The position numbers and the translations under genes were made by a program. This document shows, one piece after another, positions 40,701 through 49,528 of a DNA stretch of 64,000 nt. Numbering within the stretch: the stretch's first letter is position 1; each line of letters begins with the position of its first letter. The notes under the pieces are model-generated. The model worked only from the letters and a program-made list of their open reading frames with translations, was not told where the DNA came from and made no database searches. This DNA comes from Barthelona sp. PAP020 (lineage: Eukaryota), in NCBI GenBank assembly GCA_040182905.1, contig JARQWU010000003.1:1-64000 (forward strand), in the 5' to 3' direction.

Positions 40701-43700
40701 ATATTTTTCTCTCATGGGCATGTTCAAATCATCTACAAAAATAATAGCCTTTTTGCCCAAAGGAGGTCCATAGTAAACATTTCTTCTTTTTTCAAACTTA
40801 GAGTCCAAAACATCTTGGGTTTGATTAGCACTGGTTTGAGCAGAAAAATTGACAAACAAAGGAATGTACTTGGCATCAAGCTTATCAGCCAATGTTTGCT
40901 TAACAGTAACACTCTTTCCGGTACCAGTTTCACCAACAGCCAAAATATGAGAACCATTCCTGCTCAATTGCTCAATTAAATAGGACATGGCAATATTTTC
41001 AGTGACAGGCACAATCATGTTCGAGAAAGCAGTGCCCTTTTCAATCTTAAATGCAGGAATGGTATCAATCCATGAAATCCAACTTTCCTTTTCTTCATCA
41101 AATAAGTAATCAAACAGAGTGCCTTCAGTGGGCAAACCATTGATAATATCTGGAACAACATCTTTCAGTAAATCACGCAAGAATTTATCAAATGGTAAAC
41201 GATCTTTAGCCATCAAAGCACCACCAACAGACCAAATTACAGAGAAAACACAAAGTGGATCAATCATTCTAGGAATACGTTCCAACATCTCTTCTGGAAC
41301 AGGTGTGACTTCATCTGGAGGTTGATACTTGAGCATGAAAGAATCCATGATATTCAAAGCAGATTTGCAAAGATTTGAATCAACAGTTGAAACAACTTCA
41401 GACAGATCATGTCTAATGTATTCAACCAATGGAGTGATAAGACTGTTCAAGTTGGCTTGAATTCTAACTGCGTGCTCTTCAAAATTGGAAGGTATTGTGG
41501 CAATCCAAGATTGAATTAAAGGTGATAAACCGATGTAAGAAGGTTCCATATAAACCATACCACATCTAGAAACAGTAGCAGGAGAGGCTTGAGACAGATC
41601 TTCTACTTCAAAGATCATATTCATTCTGGAAGTTAAAGGAATAACTTGACCATTTGCCAAACACAATTTTTTGTTATCATCCAACACAGTATTCATATTT
41701 TCAATCCAAACTGCATCAACAGGACCATCACAAACAATCCAAAATCTTTCATCAGTTGTATCTGTTGCAGCTTGACGTACTGCTTTGGCTAAAACACCAT
41801 CATACCATTCAAGTGTGTTTGGATCTCTACCACCATATAATTGATCCATAGTAACAGCTTTAGGATTCAAGCATAGGGTATTCACCTTAGAATAATTGTC
41901 AATTCCTTTTAATGAAGTCATAGCTCCTTGTAATGTACGCATACAACATGATTTACCTCCACCTGTTGGACCAACAAGCATGAGACCATGTCTCAACAAA
42001 ATTGTTTCGTACAACTGGAATACCTTTTGAATGAACGATTCCAAGGGTTGTAAACCTGATTGAGCAATATTCTCCAAAACTGCTTGATGTAAAGTACCAT
42101 AATCATTTACAGGGGGTTTTACACCAGGGAAAAGATCTGAAATAATACCATTGAACAGAGGAATATCATCTCTAAGGAACTTTGGTAGATTACAATCCCT
42201 TAAGGCTCTTAATAACAACACATTTTCATCCAATTCAGGACTTTGTCTTTTAATTTCACCAGCAGCAGCAATAACTGTATTAACAGCACGCATACCAAAA
42301 TCATAATGGAATTGAGAACTCAATTGTTCAGAAGATAACTTAAAAGTACCAACCATCTTTTGAGCTAATGAACGACCTTCAGAAAAACCAAATGAAAACA
42401 GACGAATTTCAGCAATCAAACCATAATCTGGAACCATAACTGCAATAGGTCTAAATTGTGCTTTCAAATTATCAGGTAATTCAGTACGTCCAGCATAACC
42501 AGGATTCATAGTAATGAAGACTGCACATCTGGGGTTTAAAGGCATTTCAGAACCACCAAAATTGAATTTTGTTTTTTGTTCACGAATTGCATTATAAATC
42601 GTGGCCAATTGTTGTGCAATAACTGATAAGACTTCAATATCAATACGATTAAACTCATCAAAACAAGCCCATGCACCAACAGATACCAAACCTTTGAAGA
42701 ACTTTTCCATTGCCAAGAAATCTAAACCATCTGAACAGTTCAAAACATAACAATAATTAGCCAATGCCTTAGATAAATCCTTGACAGTTTCAGTCTTACC
42801 AGTACCTGCAGGACCTTGAGGAGAACCTCCTAAATTCAAATGTACGGCACCCATTAAAGTCATATAAATACGATCTGTCAAAGGAGTAATAACCAAACGG
42901 CTTGTGTTACCAAGATATTCATAACCATATTTAATGTTAGATTGTACCATTCTCACGTAACAATCATCATCAGCCCAATAATATCTCATATTGGAGACCC
43001 ATTCAAATGCATTAATTGCAGTGACATCTTCATTCTTCAACTTTTCAACAACATCTCTTGCATGTACATCTATTGTGATTAAAGAACTTAAGGTTTTTCT
43101 GTTCAATTTGCTTAAGGGAGATCTTACAAGTTGAGTAAGATCTTCGATTTGTTTCAGTTGTGTCAAATATTGCTCAGATAACTTAGCACTAATGATAGAT
43201 TTTTCGACATCTCTTGTCCACCAAATTTGAGAAACAGCCAAGACAATTTGAGCAGCATGAGCAAGAACCCAATCTGTTCTGGCAGTATCAGCATAAGTAC
43301 TGATACCTTTTTCAATCTCATGCTTGATTGATGCTTGCATAATCTTTTCAATATCACACATCCAATCTTCAACATTAGAAGTGGGATATATTGTCTCAAC
43401 AAAATCAACCTTTTCATCCTCACCGGAAAACATGGCAGACATTCCATTGTTCTCACCAAATTCAATTTTATGCAGGTTTTCAAAGCATTTCTTTAGATGT
43501 GGTTGAACAGCTTGAGGGTCTTTTGTCTGTGACAGGATCATCAACAGATCATTGTCTGAAAGGAAATAGAAACGTCCAAATACAGCACATTTTGACTCCA
43601 AATAAGCAGATAAACCTCTCTGTACTTGATCCAATGATTGATTACACTCTTTAAATTTATGGTACAATTTATCCTGTTTACAAAAAGATAAAACCAAAGG

Positions 43701-46700
43701 ATCTTTAGACGCGGTGTTCATTAAACGACGCCATGTGTGATCAACAGACGAAAAAGTCTTGTGCTCTCTTGGCAACTGTCTAATAATATCTGCAGAACTA
43801 AAAATAGGCTCCAAATACATCCAGTTAGCTTGTACTTGCACCCATTCTTCAATAATATCACTTGTTGACTTCAAAAGTGCTTCCCATTCCGCAATATCAT
43901 CTTCAAAAGGCTTTTTGAATGGTGAAAACGACATTGCTTGTGTCATTACAATATGATCATCCAACAACTGAACAATTTCATCAACACCACCCATTGTGAA
44001 TGTGTTTGTATCTCCATAAGGATTGATGTAGAATTTGACTTCTTCCCATTCCTTCTTCATCTTCAACAATGATTCCTCAATAAAGAATTCCTTGGATGCA
44101 AAATCTGTCTCCTTTAAAATGATACTTTCAAATTCTGGCAGTTTCAATTCAAACACTGAATCTAACGTGAAGTTTTCATCTTGAGAAGGATTCAAATCGA
44201 ATCCAATCTTTTCACTAATGTTCTTCCAATGTCTTTCACGCATACCAGGAGACCTGAGCGCCACCAACAAAGGAACATGAGGCGAAAATTCAGCCACTTC
44301 AGCTTTCACTTCATTTGCTATTTCAAAACATTGAGGATGATCTTTTAAAGCTCTGCATGTCTTGTTAAGAGTCTTCACCCATGATTGAACATTCTCTTCC
44401 ATCACCTTAGCATCTAATTTCTGGAAGGATGCAGTTTTAACAGTATTGTGCCAATTGGACCAATCTCGTGCAGTCAACCAAAGATCTGCAAATGGTTCAA
44501 ATGCTTGAATAAGATTGGGTAGTTCCAAATATTCAGTTTGAGGTAACTTGAATAAAGCTTCACGACTATTGAACTCTTTAACTTTTTGTTGACTCGTCTT
44601 TAATTCATGCTGAATCTTTTTGACCTCAACAGCATTTTCTTCAACCCTACTAAGATCGGTATTTTGGTTGAATTGACCAATGATAGCAGCCAATTCATTC
44701 AATCTGCGACTGAAAGCTTCCTGGCCTTTCTTCAACTCCAATCTAAATTTGGAATCATATTTCTCTTGTGAAGATTGGTTCTTTTCAACAACTTCTTCAA
44801 TATTCTTGCTCCAAGCAAATGTCTTCCATCTTAATTTGAATTCAGCATCAGTGAATTGATAATTATATTTTTCCAGCATTGAATAAATGCTAACCATTTC
44901 ATTGACTTCTTGATGTAATCCAACCTCTTGATCAGGAATACTGTCAATATATTGTCTAATTTCAGTCAATTGTTCAATATTCTTAGGTTTTTCCAAAACT
45001 TTACGATAAATGACTTCATATTGGTTACAAATACCTTCGCACTTCTTTGTGCCTCGTTTAATCATTGTGTCCAATATAGTTTCAACAATTTTATTGTATT
45101 TGGCAATAATCTGATTGCGAATCTGTATTGTAGAAATTTGGAAACCAGATAACACAACAGAATGGTCAATTTGATCAGGAACACGTTCACATAATCTTAA
45201 ATTCCTTTCTAACATTTCTACAAGTTTTTGCAAAGGATATTCTTCTTCATCTTGTAATTCTTCTTCCAATCTTTTAATGTCCACATTTATCAATTCTTCA
45301 AAGATAGAAAAGGTCTTTAAATAAGTCCATAAAGGCATAATCGCACTTGACATTGCACTAATAATACTTCTACGATACTCTAAAACCTCAGGATCATCGT
45401 TGTGAACACTGCATAATACAGGTTGTTTAATCGCACGAGAAGAAGATTGAATGCCAGGTAATAATATGGATTGGAGTTGAGGAATATCTCTTAATGAAGA
45501 TAAGGCTTCATCAAAAATGTTTACAGGCAACTTCTCAACTTCACTCAGAGATAACGAATAACCAAAATAGAAACTCTTAATAATAGGCTTTTCTTTCATA
45601 TCTTCAGCCTTATCATCTTCTTCCTTTTTGGCGTTCTTATTGCTTTCCTCATCTTTTTCATCAGTTTTCTTGATTGGGGTTTTTTCAACAGATTGCTTCA
45701 ATATTTTTTCTTCTTCCTTTTTCACCAACTCTTGAATTTCTTCAACACTACGTTCATTAATAACTAAATCCAATTGGAACATAGGAATAGCTGCTGTTTC
45801 AATTGTTTCATGTGTTTTGGTAGAAATCAACTGAATTTTATTGCAGGAATGAATGATAACCTCGGCGTAATTTATTTGATTGATCATTTCACAATACTTT
45901 TGTAAAGAATTGAGTGTATAGTTTCTTAACGTATCTTCCATCTGATATCTTAACGCTCTTAAAAATTCTTTCAATTTAGAGTGTTCAAAAGTATCAAAAG
46001 TAACTCCTTGAATATTAAACCAGCCCTTTTCGGTTTTGGACAATGGTTCTTCAACTGAAACCTTAAGATTTTGTAACCAGGTATCTCTTAAATAACTAAC
46101 TCCATTCTGAATAGACTGTAACTCCAACTGTTCAAATTCTCCAATTTTAAATGTTCTTGAAGCGTTAATATGGAATAATGTGTGCTGTAAAATGTTGTAA
46201 TTTTCTCTTTGAACATTTTGTAAGGCGGTTACAGCATGTGGATGTGTCAAGAATGAATGAAATCTGAATGATTTCATAACTTTGTTGAAATTGGTTCCTT
46301 CACTGTCAAGTCGTCCTTTATCTTTGTGTCTACGCTCATTGGCCTCAATAGTAAGTTCATCTGAGACGGTAATTAACTCCTCAAGTGAAGGATCGTACAA
46401 ATTTTCTAACATTGAATTGTCATGAAGTACTTTGTCGAAAATTAAACGATTATTGACACGGCAATAATCCAATTGAACCTCTCTCAGCAATTCTTCAACC
46501 ACCTTTGGATAGTTCATTTTAGAAGTATCAATACCATATGCAGCCTTTTTAAGAATTTTATCAACAGTATCAACAGGTAAGGGGTCGATATCATCAACAG
46601 GCATCGATTCAACACACAAAAAATATCTCATCCTAGATTCAGCTTTAGCTCTCTCTGTATGAGCTTTTCGCACACGTTTTGCAAATAAAAAGGGACTTGA

Positions 46701-47207
46701 ACCCAATATTAACAAATCAATTTGAGGAACTAACACAATTCTGGCGCCCAATTTAACGGTATACTCATCTGAATTCTCATCATAACTCAAAATTTGACAG
46801 GATAACCATTGATCTGTATTCGATAATCTCACTTGTCCAGGAACATACTTTGAACCATCTTGTAAAGAAAAACCAAGATTTAACCAAGAATCAAATGGTC
46901 GTTCATCAAAATTTTTATCATCAAACAATGCTAAAGGAAGATATCGTTTCATAGAGGGTGTATGTACAACAGAAACATTTGAAGCTTCCAATAATTCTAA
47001 TTCTTCTTTGGTAGGTTGATGATAAAATACACCTTCTTTTGCAAGAAGTGATTTCATATCTTGTGCTGCATATAAACGTCGTAATCTTTCAATCAAAACT
47101 TCTCTTGGTGCTTTTCCAGGTTCAGGAATTCGCGGTGCCACAACCTTTGGTTCACACATCAAAGGTAATGAACCAGGGTCAGGATTATTCCTATATCCAA
47201 TATTCAT
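34788..47207 (-). CDS. DNAH1: Axonemal inner-arm dynein heavy chain, DNAH1-like, intronless
   Basis: 4139 aa. P-loops GPAGTGKT, GPTGGGKS, GETGTGKS, GVGGSGRR; C-terminal GTLSTTGHSTNFV...WIKRGVALIC (single-headed inner-arm type); N-terminal PGKAPREVLIERLRRLY...YLPLALFDD resembles DNAH1. Confidence 0.9.
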   Translation of the reverse strand: MNIGYRNNPDPGSLPLMCEPKVVAPRIPEPGKAPREVLIERLRRLYAAQDMKSLLAKEGVFYHQPTKEELELLEASNVSVVHTPSMKRYLPLALFDDKNFDERPFDSWLNLGFSLQDGSKYVPGQVRLSNTDQWLSCQILSYDENSDEYTVKLGARIVLVPQIDLLILGSSPFLFAKRVRKAHTERAKAESRMRYFLCVESMPVDDIDPLPVDTVDKILKKAAYGIDTSKMNYPKVVEELLREVQLDYCRVNNRLIFDKVLHDNSMLENLYDPSLEELITVSDELTIEANERRHKDKGRLDSEGTNFNKVMKSFRFHSFLTHPHAVTALQNVQRENYNILQHTLFHINASRTFKIGEFEQLELQSIQNGVSYLRDTWLQNLKVSVEEPLSKTEKGWFNIQGVTFDTFEHSKLKEFLRALRYQMEDTLRNYTLNSLQKYCEMINQINYAEVIIHSCNKIQLISTKTHETIETAAIPMFQLDLVINERSVEEIQELVKKEEEKILKQSVEKTPIKKTDEKDEESNKNAKKEEDDKAEDMKEKPIIKSFYFGYSLSLSEVEKLPVNIFDEALSSLRDIPQLQSILLPGIQSSSRAIKQPVLCSVHNDDPEVLEYRRSIISAMSSAIMPLWTYLKTFSIFEELINVDIKRLEEELQDEEEYPLQKLVEMLERNLRLCERVPDQIDHSVVLSGFQISTIQIRNQIIAKYNKIVETILDTMIKRGTKKCEGICNQYEVIYRKVLEKPKNIEQLTEIRQYIDSIPDQEVGLHQEVNEMVSIYSMLEKYNYQFTDAEFKLRWKTFAWSKNIEEVVEKNQSSQEKYDSKFRLELKKGQEAFSRRLNELAAIIGQFNQNTDLSRVEENAVEVKKIQHELKTSQQKVKEFNSREALFKLPQTEYLELPNLIQAFEPFADLWLTARDWSNWHNTVKTASFQKLDAKVMEENVQSWVKTLNKTCRALKDHPQCFEIANEVKAEVAEFSPHVPLLVALRSPGMRERHWKNISEKIGFDLNPSQDENFTLDSVFELKLPEFESIILKETDFASKEFFIEESLLKMKKEWEEVKFYINPYGDTNTFTMGGVDEIVQLLDDHIVMTQAMSFSPFKKPFEDDIAEWEALLKSTSDIIEEWVQVQANWMYLEPIFSSADIIRQLPREHKTFSSVDHTWRRLMNTASKDPLVLSFCKQDKLYHKFKECNQSLDQVQRGLSAYLESKCAVFGRFYFLSDNDLLMILSQTKDPQAVQPHLKKCFENLHKIEFGENNGMSAMFSGEDEKVDFVETIYPTSNVEDWMCDIEKIMQASIKHEIEKGISTYADTARTDWVLAHAAQIVLAVSQIWWTRDVEKSIISAKLSEQYLTQLKQIEDLTQLVRSPLSKLNRKTLSSLITIDVHARDVVEKLKNEDVTAINAFEWVSNMRYYWADDDCYVRMVQSNIKYGYEYLGNTSRLVITPLTDRIYMTLMGAVHLNLGGSPQGPAGTGKTETVKDLSKALANYCYVLNCSDGLDFLAMEKFFKGLVSVGAWACFDEFNRIDIEVLSVIAQQLATIYNAIREQKTKFNFGGSEMPLNPRCAVFITMNPGYAGRTELPDNLKAQFRPIAVMVPDYGLIAEIRLFSFGFSEGRSLAQKMVGTFKLSSEQLSSQFHYDFGMRAVNTVIAAAGEIKRQSPELDENVLLLRALRDCNLPKFLRDDIPLFNGIISDLFPGVKPPVNDYGTLHQAVLENIAQSGLQPLESFIQKVFQLYETILLRHGLMLVGPTGGGKSCCMRTLQGAMTSLKGIDNYSKVNTLCLNPKAVTMDQLYGGRDPNTLEWYDGVLAKAVRQAATDTTDERFWIVCDGPVDAVWIENMNTVLDDNKKLCLANGQVIPLTSRMNMIFEVEDLSQASPATVSRCGMVYMEPSYIGLSPLIQSWIATIPSNFEEHAVRIQANLNSLITPLVEYIRHDLSEVVSTVDSNLCKSALNIMDSFMLKYQPPDEVTPVPEEMLERIPRMIDPLCVFSVIWSVGGALMAKDRLPFDKFLRDLLKDVVPDIINGLPTEGTLFDYLFDEEKESWISWIDTIPAFKIEKGTAFSNMIVPVTENIAMSYLIEQLSRNGSHILAVGETGTGKSVTVKQTLADKLDAKYIPLFVNFSAQTSANQTQDVLDSKFEKRRNVYYGPPLGKKAIIFVDDLNMPMREKYGAQPPIELIRQYMDYGGWYDRKALYLKQIVDCHFVSAMGPPGGGRNPVTNRLLRHYNFLSFPELSNKSLKSIFTTIMNHTYTVQGISNEVKSLVETVVEAGIKIYGFACDQLLPTPAKSHYTFNLRDLSSIIQGMLMCDPKYLVSSKYNVIKSLIHENLRVFADRLINDTDRVNFSSMLEEIIQKDFKMSISELGESTGISIDQHKGQLQLMFTVNQSGTGFNGYAEVIQKPKLISSVEETLRDYNEEESAPMKLIMFENAVAHVCRISRIISQPQGNALLLGVGGSGRRSLTRLAAHMCGMQVFNIEVSKNYGKEQWRENLMQVLRSCGLDEKPTVFLFADTQIVDESFVEDINNILNTGEIPNLFDEQELDQIYNTMRPLATSLGIIPTKLNLFNLFTRRVRHNIHVVLCFSPMGEEFRSRLRQFPSLVNCCTIDWFTEWPEEALLSVAKDAFIDTRFEEEDNTKDAAIRNAVVEMCVEFHQSVQVMSKEYLEVLRRHNYVTPTSYLELLNLLKKLLVDKRSKLTEAKIRLQAGISTIENTSKSVDVLQQSLAEQIPKLEQESIETEKMIENIGKQKVEAQKIQEVVQKEEKEVAIQAKKCQEIADEAAFKLGEAYPVLQNAQAALSVLNASHFRELAAYNSPPEGVKLVMHSICIMKGVKAVKAPDPNIIGKRIDDWWTPSKQLLNNSAALMDSLMHYDRDNIDSSIISKITAFIDNPEYDPAKLRASSKACESMAAWVIAIYKYHNVKLTVIPLEKEHEAAKAELEKTESALQAKRSKLKAIEDKISNLEADLHEKQDHKLELEKDVQNNKDKVTRAEKLLASLGDEKERWEEEVKKLSILSINVVGDILISSGAIAYLGAFTSDFREKLINQWCKKLEMLNIPYTHGVNLIDTLGDPVEIRKWTFDGLPSDRLSTENAIILTKGNRWGLMIDPQGQANQWIKQMYSHSETGLDVLKLTDKDLARNLENAIRFGRAVLIENVGESLPPMLEPLLLKQTISEGGRQAMIKLGDHLVSYNEDFRLYMTTKLSNPHYSPETSVKVSLLNFTITQSGLEDQLLAKVVVEERPELEQAKNKLIKDNAAMIAELRQTEDDILALLARTSQNAILEDDRAIDILAGSKKVTVQIHEKVAQAEITEREIDETRSKYIPAAQRSAVLYFCVADMANIDPMYQYSLQWFIRLFINAIHDADEAEDLNIRAKNIAECFTYSLYNNICRSLFENHKLMFSFLMTSRIMQFNGEIDQEEWRFLVSPVVSTVVPYEKPYSWLTDKVWNDICALDNLPAFKGIAKDFIQNEAPWKNVFDSNNSHKESFSSQFSKLSSLQRLLVIKCLRPDKEIQAIQMFVTENLGSEFIVPPTFNLAGSFKESSSTTPLIFVLSPGANPASDLFAFADQMRHKLLHISLGQGQGEKAAELIKQCCQSGAWVLLQNCHLSSSWMPTLEMIVESFNPDIIRPDFRLWLTSMPSPTFPVSVLQNGIKMTNEPPRGIRANLLRSYNSYESQFLQHPDKPNEFKKLLYSLSLFHAIVQERRKFGALGWNIPYEFTTGDLTVCTQQLNLFLSTYDEIPFKVLKFLFGEINYGGRVTDEWDRRTLMTIIQDYMTPGCFTDGYSFGDQNEDAPYASFTLEDLDSYLKHIDELPLEPHPETFGLHANADITYANNETLMMFDTLLSLQPRTTSSGGLSRDDVINQTASSILSSVAKPFNYEEVAKHYPTLYEESMNTVLQQEVVRFNGLLERVHSTLHNLIKALKGEVVLSLELEAMGDSLFNNLVPELWSQVAYPSLKPLSSWVQDLQLRINFLQRWIDEGAPAVFWMSGFFFPQAFLTGTLQNFARKYVVSIDTISFAFDVLDQTRDTIKEGPEDGCYVDGLFLEGAAWSSEKKSLVDSKPKELIDVFPIIHFRPVANREIPSSGIYNCPCYKTLTRAGTLSTTGHSTNFVVKIEVPSNKPEKYWIKRGVALICALRY

Positions 47208-47612
47208 AATGGAAAAAAATTATGAATTTGAATTCAATTCTTGTCTTTTGATTTTTCAATTTCATTTGCTTTTTTGTTATTTTCATAAAACTTTACGTGT
47301 CATTTACGTTATTTGGTTGTAATTAAGCATTTACAAATATAGAAATGCCAAAGAAATGATTTTTGATTTTTCTTTTTAATTTTACAAATGTTTTGTAGTT
47401 TTGATGAATAAGTTGGATTAGTACTTCCATTAGAGACTTTATCAAGGGAAAAGTTTTTTACAGTTGAAAGTTTATTCTTTTTTAAGAATGTGTTGAATTG
47501 TTTTCATTTTGAAGTTAGTAATTTTTAGTTTCTTTTTTGATTAGCAATTTATTGTTATTATCAATCAGATTTTATTTAGAAATTATTGTTTATATTAATA
47601 TTTTTGTCAATA

Positions 47613-48272
47613 ATGTATTTAAACGAACCCCTACCGAACGAAAGTTATTACTTTCATACATTATCAACCATTGAAAACGTTGGTTCTTCAATAATAAATT
47701 CAAGAAATGATACACCATCATTTTCATCACCTCAAATTCAAAGTCACACTCCATATGCCAGCTATTATCCTCCATCCCCCACCGAAAATATTCTCACTCC
47801 ATTAACTTCATCATCTTCCTTAAGTCCATTTGATTCCTCTTCTAGTGTTAATTGGGTTGTTGAAGTTACACATACGACACCGAGGTTACCTGTTATATTT
47901 GACTCCACTTCTCCAATAAGACAGGTCAGATCCAGATATTCACACTCTCACAGAAATTCTTCCCAAAATCACAATCAAACAGGAGAATTTTGTTTGAATC
48001 GAGAATGTTATCAGCGTGTTATCAGGAATGATAAGCTTCGATCACCTTATTGTTGTGATAAATGTCAAACCCGAGAACAGAATTTGCGTCAAGAACGAGT
48101 TAAAGCTAATTTGAAGGAAATTACCATAAAACAGAGCATTTTGAAGCTAGCGAGTTTGTTTATTCCAGGACTTCCTGAAGTTGCTTTACCGTTTATTCAT
48201 GAATATGTGGACAAAGGGTTGCCTGTCAATATTAGTGAAGTTGTTTTTAAAATTAAAAATTTGGAGAATTGA
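47613..48272 (+). CDS. Hypothetical protein with S/P-rich region and a putative Zn-binding motif
   Basis: First ATG at 47613; motif CLNREC-x14-YCCDKC pattern (FCLNRECYQRVIRNDKLRSPYCCDKCQ). Confidence 0.7.
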   Translation: MYLNEPLPNESYYFHTLSTIENVGSSIINSRNDTPSFSSPQIQSHTPYASYYPPSPTENILTPLTSSSSLSPFDSSSSVNWVVEVTHTTPRLPVIFDSTSPIRQVRSRYSHSHRNSSQNHNQTGEFCLNRECYQRVIRNDKLRSPYCCDKCQTREQNLRQERVKANLKEITIKQSILKLASLFIPGLPEVALPFIHEYVDKGLPVNISEVVFKIKNLEN

Positions 48273-49528
48273 TACTATCGTTGTTGTTTGACAACAAATT
48301 TTTTTTTTCTTCAAAGTAAAGCGTGTTTATTTTCTTTTGTTTTATGAATATTTTTTTACAAATAAATGCTGCATTTTGTTCTGATAGACTCAGAATAGAG
48401 GTTTCAATTTGCATATCTATTGTGAAAAACGTTGTGAGCTCCTGTAATTATCAATGGTAAACAAAGACAAAACCATGTGGTTTTTCATATTACCAGAAAA
48501 TATGCTTCATTTAGATGTTTATGTGGTGCAACATGAGCAAAGGAACTCACTTCATTCTTAAGTTACATGCTCGTCCCCTAGTAAAGGTATGTGTTGCAAA
48601 TTACCAACTTGGTTTTGTTTAGCTGAATTGTTCCAGGGATTTTATTGACCTTCTTAGATGGGGAGATTCAAGAAGTGCTTTTTTTCAGTAGTTACACATA
48701 AAATTTTGGGTTGATATTGTGATATTTCTAAAAAATGTTTAAGAACAGGTGTAAATGGAACAAAAGTTTAAGTTTTTTTATTCTTTCAATGGTAACGACT
48801 TTTTTCAAAAGATTTTCAATCATATGAAAAAAAAAAATTCAACTTGTGAAGCGAGGAGGTTTTTTCTTGCAGAAAACCAACTTTTCAACTCCCGAAGGAA
48901 TTAACCTTTGGTTGATTCCGATTAGTGGTCAAGGCTAATTTATGGAAAAATTTAAAATCTTAACTTCTTTATTCTGAAGCTATGCAGCCATACTCTTGCA
49001 GTACCCTAAGGAAGTGGTGCTGAGACATCGGTGCTCCCAGTCGTTTGCTGAATAAGAAGCTAGGCAATCAAATTTCTGGGTAACTACAGTTCTCTTTTTT
49101 TTTTATTAATTTTGAGAGCCGTGGAGGTTCCCTTACATCTAGTCGTTTCTTTCATGGGTTGATCCTTTTCTCCCAAACCATAGAGTTGTAAAGTTAGTGT
49201 TTTATTATTACAAGAAAAAAAGAAACAATACTTTTATTCAGCTCTTGAAAAAGGGAAATTTGATGGTGGTTACAGGCGAAAAAGTGCTTTCTTCTTTCTT
49301 TCTTTTGAATAACCTTAAATTCAACTCAATCTTTCTGAACTATACCTCAGTACATCAAAATAAAAAAAAATCTTCACATTAATTTTACAGGAAAATACAC
49401 AATCCACATAATGCAACTGCAGGTAAAATAAACTGAAAATATACAGAAAATATAACAAAACAATGTTTTGAAATGTTTTGAAAGTTTAAAATACAAAAAA
49501 ACAATTCAAAAAAAATAACAAACACAAT

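Noticed and set aside
12123..47262. Identical 16-mer TTTGATTTTTCAATTT upstream of two ciliary genes (12123-12138 CCDC81; 47247-47262 dynein)
   Set aside because: Low-complexity and T-rich, so plausible by chance in these spacers; absent upstream of RP2.
48921..48940. TAGTGGTCAAGG, resembling a tRNA D-arm
   Set aside because: No T-arm GTTCRA and no acceptor stem.
49003..49026. ACCCTAA (telomerase-template-like) and CTGAGA (TPP riboswitch or RNase P-like) words
   Set aside because: The template is too short, and the other conserved TPP and RNase P elements are missing.
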